A DNA stretch of 61,571 nt, counting the filler, from Platydemus manokwari (taxonomy: Eukaryota): assembly GCA_037951405.1 (NCBI GenBank). It is 4 parts of 4 records of this genome, joined end to end, with 100 filler letters (N's around TTAATTAATTAA, not from the genome) between each part and the next. Parts side by side here need not be neighbours in the genome. Positions count along the whole stretch, not along the records: positions 52,365 to 61,571 come from JBBMOY011283206.1; 3 more parts are not named here. One strand, written 5' to 3'. The position numbers and the translations under genes were made by a program. The stretch's first letter is position 1, and each line of letters opens with the position of its first letter. The notes beneath the pieces were generated by a model. The model was not told where the DNA came from. It searched no databases and saw only the letters and a program-made list of their open reading frames with translations. Of this stretch, positions 52,920-61,571 are shown piece by piece.

Positions 52920-53270
52920 TTATTTGTGACGTATATAGACTTATACATGGCTCACGATATCACATATCATAGTGGTCGATCTATTTATTTGTGACGTGGT
53001 GATATCTCGACCAATACCGGGTACAGGATAAAACACATCATAACGATCGATCTACACATTTGTGAGGTACTGAATATATCGACTAATACAAGGCTCACGA
53101 TATCACATATCAAGATGATCGATCTATTTATTTGTGACATTGAATATATCGACTAATACTGAGTACAGTATAAAACACATCATAACGATAGTCTGTTTAT
53201 GAAATAATGAATGTATCAACTAATATATTACTCACGATACCACATATCAGAATGATCGATACATTTATTA
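52920..53270. repeat. Minisatellite of ~70-bp units with A-B-A-B-A higher-order structure
   Basis: A units contain CTCACGATATCACATATCA (52951, 53094, 53231); B units contain GTACAG.ATAAAACACATCATAACGAT (53021, 53163); both share TTTGTGA...ATATCGACTAATA...GATCGATCT. Confidence 0.9.
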
Positions 53271-55020
53271 TACATTTATTCCCATTCTTAATTTTCTGAT
53301 AAATGTTGATCATCAAGCCGATTATCTAGACAAGATAATTGTTTATTTATTGCTTTTATATGATTAAAATTCTGTAGAATTGATCGACTAAGAATCCCTT
53401 TCACAGTGATATTTTACTTGTATATACAACTATCAATAACATCTCAAATTGTTAATATTTTACGATTTATCTCCGTATTAAAATATTCATTCCAGCAATC
53501 ACTTTAACGTCATAAATATTCTCACCATTTCCCTACACGGAGATAACTGAAAGATAATATGATATTGAATCCTTAATATTAAATCATATGGAGGAGACTT
53601 TTGTTATCAAAATATCACAACAAATTCCCAGCTTCAAGACAAATCTGGCAAATTACTAGCGTAGCTGAGGACTGGAAAATTATGGGAAATTACAAGATGA
53701 AAACTTATCTATCCCACGAACCGAAGCATATTAAAAATTAATTCTTTTATTCTTTTAAGGCTTAAAAGAATAATTTTGTGCAGACAACTTTTCGATATTT
53801 TTCATTGTCCATAAGAAGACAATGATAACATAATTTTGATTTAGATTTTTAATATATTTTTAATATAAACCTTATAGTAGTCTAGCTATTTTGTGTATAT
53901 GAAAATATCTCGCACCATGGTAAATTGAAGGACTGCTAAGTCACCACGAAAACTATAGTTATGTCACCGATACTTCAATTTTCATTTGAGAAATTGAATT
54001 TCAAGATTCATTATCTCAAAATCTTTTAACGTATTGATTTCAATCGTTCTGTAAATTTTTAAAACAAAAGCTTAAAATATTCTAATATTATGTTTTATTG
54101 TATAAAATATAAATTACGTTTAAAATATTTTCGTAACACTTTTTCTTGTTGTACATTTATTAGTACTTTTTTCTTTGAAGATTAATTCTATTAGTGGGCT
54201 TTACCACTATCGAGTCATATTTGAAATTAATATCACAGTAATCTAATCTAAATATACTTGACAAGCAAGATTTCGCTTAGTGGTTTCATGATGTACTTCA
54301 ATGATTTTTTCAAATTTTATGCAACAAAATAGAACTCGATTTTTAAAATATTTGCGATTTTTATTTATCTCTCCGTTTGCTTTCAAGAGCCCTTTGTATA
54401 ATGTATGGAAGTCATTAAACAAGTGTATGGAAAATATTTCGAATAAATAAATCTATTCTTATCAACGACGTGGAATAAACAGTTCAACATGAAAACGTAT
54501 AACAAATGGATTTCAAAAATCAGAAATATGTTAGGCTTAACATTGAATTAATTCGCGAGGTTTGGATTTCATAATTATCATTGATATTAATATTTCGGTA
54601 AAGTTGTGTACATTGTATAATAAAAGATTAAAAATAAAGACTTAAATCAAAATATTGATGAATTGAAAATAAAACTTTCAGTCTTATGTTTATTTCAATT
54701 TCAGAATTGTATGTTTTGAATTAAAAGAGTAAATTTTAAAATGAATCTTAACTTAACCAAAAATTATATTTCTCATTAACAATAAAAGCTTCTTTGTATA
54801 AAACTTTATTTTAAAAATGTTAGAAAGGTAAATAATATGAAATCTATTATTATTTTGATTTTAAAAAGGAAAAAATATGATTATTTAATACAACAAATAA
54901 ATCCATTCCTCACAATCAACTTTGATGGCTTCACTTTGGTACAAAGTTATGATCGTTACCGCATTTATAATCTAAGATCTGTGACTGATTTGTGTAAGCA
55001 CACATTGGAAACGAACTGAA

Positions 55021-55560
55021 AAATCACGAGACCAAATAATATCTTGGTTACAATTAAAATAAATTAATATTTTATAAAAATCTGATTTTAAAATTTTTCA
55101 AAATTTATTTATAAATCCTCACATATTTTTTTCTTTAAAATCTTTGATTTTTCAGAATTCTTAATAATCTCTCTATAAATTATCTATATAAAAATTTCTC
55201 TTTTTGCTCTACTTTATATCATCTCTATCTTTTTATCTCCTTTTAACTTCTATGTACCTTCTCAGCATCTTCTCCATATCTGCTACATATCTTCACTTTT
55301 TATTCTCTATATCTTCTATACAATTTCGGTACATCTTTTTTACATTTGTTCCATATATTCTTTCTTCTCTTATTTACCTCCATATCATAGACATTCTCAG
55401 AATCGGATCCAAATTCGTGCTCAAAATTTTATAAATCACGCATTTGAAAAAGAACAAGACCAAATTATATTTTAATTACAATTATTCAAGAAAAATTATT
55501 TTTTATAAAAATCTGATTTCAAAATTTTTCAAATTTCAATTCATTATAAATTATCACAAT
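55021..55560. repeat. Imperfect ~110-bp direct repeats flanking a pyrimidine-rich tract
   Basis: GACCAAAT.ATAT...TTACAATTA...TTTTATAAAAATCTGATTT.AAAATTTTTCAAA occurs at ~55030 and ~55458. Part of the interior resembles 40620-40670 in reverse complement. Confidence 0.6.
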
Positions 55561-58500
55561 TTGTATATTTGATTTTCGTTCGATTTTCATCTTTCAGATA
55601 TCTTCCATTATGGCTCATAATTATAGATAAAAGGTAAATGTGATTGTATAATTATGTAGGCATAAGTATGTAAAATTGTGGATAAAACAATGGTACTAGA
55701 TCATTCCAAAGATCACTATTTGGCTTAGAGATTGTTCGCCATTCAACAAACTAAATTCCATTAAATTGCAGAAAGACATTGAATACAAATCCCTCAATAG
55801 TAATATACTATATATAATGCCGATATTTTACAGAGTCACTTTTAGACATTACACATGAAATAACTAAAAGTAGTATCCATCTGAATTAAAATTATACCTT
55901 TTTCCTAGGTGAATGTGAACCAAAATTACATCTATGTAGGTCTTCTCACGAAATTATTGTAAGTAAAAGAAACGATATTTACAAATATTTGTTAAAAATT
56001 AAATAACGGCTGACTGATATTCCAATGACCAAAGTAAAATTAGTGAGTTTTTGAGATGAATTTGAAACAAGTTGTTATAAATAAAAAAGATAGGAAAGAA
56101 GTATTTTTACTTTGGATTCTTTAAAAACTATTCCATCTAAATACCTTATAATTGCATTAACATTAATGCTCAGTTTTCCATGTAATCGCCTTTAGGTTCT
56201 TTTGATCTGCTTATTTTTGAATGGGATTTTCATCTAAACACCGAAAATATTACTTAACCGAAGCATATTATTTCTTGGAAAATCAAAGACTCAACTCAAA
56301 AAGAATTTAATTGAGCATGAAATATGTGTGGGCTAATCGCTTTTTGAGTAAATTATTCGGTCAATTGATACAGAATGAGACTCCTACATAGGCTGATATA
56401 CTTATGAATAAAAGTATTGACGTTGTTAAGTAAAGATGAAATCTCGCAAAAGAAAAACGATTTTGCACCTTGGAACCTTACTTCAACACTTGAATCATAT
56501 GCATGCCTATGCAACCCAACAGGCATAGTAACCATCCAATTACAAAAAATTTAAATTGAAAATTGTAATTCGAAAAATGGACATAGTAACCACACAGTAA
56601 CACAAAAATCCCGAGCACGCAAAATCAATAAATTTTACTTGAGAAATAAAATATAAGATCAAAACGTGATACACAGATTACACCCAAATTTTAAGTATAA
56701 ATACTGATCTAAAGACGGCCAACATCCAGTTGGAAGCCGAGTTTTATGTCGTTGTTTAATATTGATAAATTGAATTTTGTTAAAATTTAGAGTTATTTGT
56801 GTACGTACTGATCAGTATGGCTTAGTACAATATAATTTGCAGCCTTCGATTCTTTGGGACCTCAACAATGTGAAAACGGTTTAAGAGTTTTAATTATTAT
56901 TACAGTACTGAAAATATCTCCATTGCAAGTCATCGTTTCTTTAATATAGTCTTTACACAATGCAATATCATAAAAAATTTCTTTCACCTATTTTTCACCA
57001 ATGACTTTCATGAGGCACATCGTCAACGAAAATGCAAGATTTAGAATTTAACTGCATTTCCAAATAAAAATTAATCTGTGTGAGGTTTACTGATTTGAGA
57101 AATGGAATGCACCACATTGGATATCCATAACTGAGAGCTGATGACTAATGATGCTTGAAATATTCAATGATTTAATTATTGAACGACAAATTCGATGATT
57201 GGTAGGTGATTGTATGAAGTTGATTTCTCTGGATTGACATTAGCTCATCAGTAAATCTTTATGAACTTACAGGATCGATAGATGTAGAGGTTAATTTTGA
57301 TTATACATTTCGTATGATAGCTGCAGATTATTCCTAGATTACCTCATGTAGTTATTCTAAATGTGAATCCCCGTTTTAGTAAAATGAAATGGATTGATTG
57401 AAAATCCAGGATTAATTAATATTCCTAGTTAGTTGTAACATCCAAGCAGACCAGAAAACTTGACAGAGACAAAATCGTCATGCCAATAGGTTCTGACTAC
57501 ATTATTTCATACACCTTTTAAGTGAATAGTTAAATAATATTGTCTGTTAAAATATAGGAAACTTTTTTTATATTTAATATATTTTTTTGATATGCCTTTA
57601 TAGTATAATAATACAATTTGATAGTTATAGGACATAAAAATGATGATCTAATGGTTATGTAATCAAATCAATCTATAGTGAAAGTTAAAAACGGAATAGA
57701 ATTGTATCAATTTTGAGTGAGAAACCACAGAATATGAATAAAGCACAGAAAAATATTGTTGTTTTCACTTGAGTTGCCTTCTTCATGTAACAGCACCGGT
57801 ATTAATCATTAATTGTATCATTAAATTAAGAATTTGTCATATTTTGGCCTTATCAGTTTGTGTTTCCGTTTCTAATAGGACTGCACTAATAGTAAAATCA
57901 TTATAACGACAATTGTTAATACATTCGTGGTTGCCTCTATTATTTTGTGAGTCTCACTCAGTTACAACTTTTGATTTCTCATCCAATGAAAATAACAATC
58001 CAATGAATCAGTCTAAAATAGTTTGACCTATGTGAACGATTATCATGACTTTTAATCTCAATAACAATGATTGCACGCTAATAAATAAGAAAATTATGAT
58101 GTAATATCTTATAATCACTTACAATATTTGGTTGATTATAAGAATAAGAAAAACATATTGATAAATACAACACTACAAAATATAAATGACATTATTTGCG
58201 CCAACCTCCAGATAAAAGTGCGTATTGTGATCTCCGTGCTGTTTGGATCGCGTTCTCAAGATTTCGAATGTATAGGGAAATATGAAGTTTTAATGTTATA
58301 AATTTTGACAATAATAAAGATGGTTTTACCTGTTTAATTGGGCTGGCAAAATAGTTGAGTTCCTCCAGGGAACACTGGGAACATAACAATAATTCAAATT
58401 CAATGTTAAAATGTCTGCATAAATATTTAGGTCGAAGAAGTTTCTATAGTCTGAAATTAGTGTCGCCAATTAGTGATTTAATGGTTTCTCTATCGAAATT

Positions 58501-59023
58501 CATTCTTCAATGTTTGGATTTGGATTTATACTGTTGACTTCGACATTAATTGTCAACAATAAAAGATTGATGTGAGATTATTTTTAAGGATTGATCATTT
58601 TTATTAATATTGATAACAATTTTTCTTCTCGGGTAAATTTTCAGATTTTTTATATTGATGGATTAATCTCCTATCTTTTATTTATTGACAAGGAATTGAG
58701 TCTCTTCAGTGTTTTAGCGGGCTTTTATTCTGACATGATTAATTGATCTATTATTTTATCTAGACATATTTTTATTTTAATAGCATTGCTTATCGGAAGT
58801 TGGTTTTCTAAATAAATAAAAATTAATATAATATAAAATTGTTTGCACATTATCGCCAATAAATAATACATTAAATAAACATGAACTCCCATTATATATA
58901 TCAACATTGTTTACTTTTGTACCACCATAAATAATGTTCTGTTTTACATGATCATAGAATTAATATAAGATTAACACCCGAAAGATTGTGAGCTATGCTT
59001 GTACAGGTTGAAGTCCGACGAAA

Positions 59024-59625
59024 TGTTGATGGAGGAGCGCCGGGGTTCTCAAGTGCAAATCGATCATCGGACATGAGTGCTAATAATAGCTAATACGTTT
59101 AAAATTGAAGATTCAGTTGAAGAATTGATTGATCTCAATTACTACAAATAAATCTTTTCGCAACTCACAATGGTAAATCACACAAAACGGGATCAGCGCT
59201 GGAAAGTCAAAAACAGAATAGAAAGTAATCAAAAAGACTTATTACTAAAAATCACACTAAGATAAACTTAGCATGCAAGTTAATGACCAAAAAGACTGGA
59301 ACTCAACCGCTTTTATAGACCTATTGAATGTGTCTGCTTGATGTCACAGATCTTCGTTTTCCATTTGCTGAATTCATTTGTACATCAGTCTGTTTGCAAT
59401 TTTCACGGTATCTCTTATGCTATTGGCAGATCTTTGTGTTTACTGCCATTTGTAGGTATGTGCCTGTCGATTCTTAAATTCTAAATATGGATTAATATTG
59501 GAACGGATTTGTTTGGCTGACAGCACATTTGATTATCGGATTTGTGTGTGTGTCGACCATTTTTGTTGATTTTGTGATTTGCCAATCCTTTATACCGAAT
59601 TTTCAAATATAAAATTTATTTAACA
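59024..59625 (-). mobile_element. Probable LTR (BEL/Pao-like termini)
   Basis: Minus strand TGTT...AACA termini, internal TATAAAAG (~59310-59317), higher GC than flanks. No clear target-site duplication seen. Confidence 0.4.
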
Positions 59626-61571
59626 AGATAGCAAAAAAATCCATGCACTACATTTAATTTAATAGATTGTTATGAAAATATAATTATAATTGATAAATTT
59701 TAATTTCGTATTGATGAATCAAACATTTTATTAAACAATTTAGAGTTGGAGTCAATATATATTTTTTCGACTCCACAATTCTGTAAAGAAAATAATATAA
59801 AATGTCGTATAAAATTGTAGAAGAAATACTTGAAATGGCAGGTTAGTATTATTATTTGACAAATTTTGTTAACTTTCTGGAGTATGAGATAAAAAGCTCC
59901 AAAAATCAATATAAAAGCCATTGGAATATTCTTCAAAAGAGTATACACACATACAAAACAAACACACGTGTCAGTAATCAATCAGAGGTCCTCAAATCGC
60001 CATTTTTTGATTGGATTATGATTTTAAATTGGTACATGACTACAAATACAATGCATTAAACATATAAACGAGTGAAAAAAGTTGTTAAAGAAATACACTG
60101 ATTTTTTTTGTTATTTTATAAAATTAAAAACAAGACTTTTAAGTAGCAACTTTTAGATAATAATTTCTACAAGGACAGCGAGTTCACGATAAAATAATTC
60201 GTTTTTATTTTGTAGTTTTGAGGTCTGATGATAGATCAAAAGACGATCTGAGAATTATATATATTATTACATATTTATTAAGGTAAAAGATGTACTATAC
60301 TATTTCGTGTAAATGCCGTTTATTTTTTTCATATATAAAATAACTGTCGATTTAGGGAGGATATTTAAATAAAAAAAATACATTTAAAACCTCTTAAGGT
60401 AAAGTAATGAATTGAAAAAAATTGAAATAAATCAAATAAAATTATACTAGTAGGAAAAATCTTTAAAATAATTACGCTTAATAAATTTAATCATAGGAAC
60501 ATATCAATTATCGCTCATGGAATAAATTTAATAGTGGAAAATTTCTCTCACCCGTAATAAATGACAATAGAGAATTTCTGCGAATAACTAATCAATGCCT
60601 ATATAAGTAGTGGCCAAAATTATTGTATGCACAATTCATAATTAAAACGACACGACAATATCTTACACCTAGAATGAAATAACACAATTGCATTGAGAAT
60701 ACATGCTTTAAAATCATCGACAATAAACGCATATTCTCCCTATTTATCGTGTGCTGTCGACAAGCGTCGCGTGACATAATTTCACTTAGTAATTCATCAA
60801 CATTTAGCAACTTTTTGATAAAGACTGAATAAATTTTAGAGTTGATACAAAAGTAAATACAACCACTGTAAGAGATATTTTGGACTACTTGCAGACTACC
60901 TGGAAGTAGGATTAAATTTAACATTTCTAATTAATATAATGCTCAACGCAATTTATCTCGCCTTCACACCAGTGATAAATAATCAAGGCAAAAATCGATC
61001 AGAATTCATCAGGTTAATGACTGCCTGTTGGTCATTAGAACTCCAGGGACTGACATAAGTCATGGACTTGACATTAAGAATTTATTAAGCACAATGACAC
61101 TATTTAATAATCCTCAAAAGTAACATACTGGTCTATTAGAACTTTTGTCATAATTCACCTTTGTTATTGCTCAATAATGGGCTTTGTTAGATTTAGTAAT
61201 TGTATTTTGTTTCCATTATGTAAAACTCTCAAAACTATTTTTATAAACATTGTAATTCCTAGCCAAAGGGGAACAATGCCATATCATATCCGAAAAAGAA
61301 ACATGTTCACAGAATAAATGAAAAGTTTAAAAATAAAAATAGTTCAAATACTTTTAAAAAATTATAGCGAAATTCAAAAAACAATCTCTCCTTAGACTTA
61401 TGATTAATAATTTATAGGAATTTAAGAAAGCGATAACAAACTTGATAAAATTGCCCCTAAAGTTGTATATTTTATGAGAGTCTGCTTCTTGGTTTTCTAT
61501 TTCAGGTCTTTTTAAAATATAATTTGTTAAATTATTTTATTAGAAAAATTTCGTAGTCTGATATAAAAGAT

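Noticed and set aside
52920-53270. CRISPR-like repeat/spacer appearance
   Set aside because: The putative spacers are themselves repeated and degenerate, there are no cas genes, and the context is eukaryotic.

Overview
AT-rich eukaryotic (animal) genomic DNA with spliceosomal GT-AG introns, many only 43-62 nt long. Composition, intron size and gene content resemble a free-living flatworm (planarian-like), but that assignment is inference. The window is a concatenation of contigs: three 100-nt linkers (44 N + TTAATTAATTAA + 44 N) and two further N-gaps mean adjacency across them is not trustworthy. Manually spliced genes: SCAMP-like N-terminus (-), an 8-exon USF-family bHLH-ZIP factor (+), a 3'-truncated USP31/43-like deubiquitinase (+), a small PH-domain gene missed by the ORF track (+), the 3' end of a type IV collagen with a complete NC1 domain (-), the 3' end of lebercilin/LCA5-like (+), an intronless NPC2/ML-domain gene (+), and a 3-exon gene (-) encoding a ~662-aa in-frame fusion of TSR3 (18S rRNA aminocarboxypropyl transferase) and METTL6 (tRNA m3C32 methyltransferase). 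The fusion is the most notable feature, and its junction lies inside one uninterrupted exon. The remainder is largely decayed transposon debris (mariner, Ty3/Gypsy, RLE-type LINE, a probable LTR, several MITEs) and small tandem repeats. All homology calls come from recognising motifs by eye, not from database searches.
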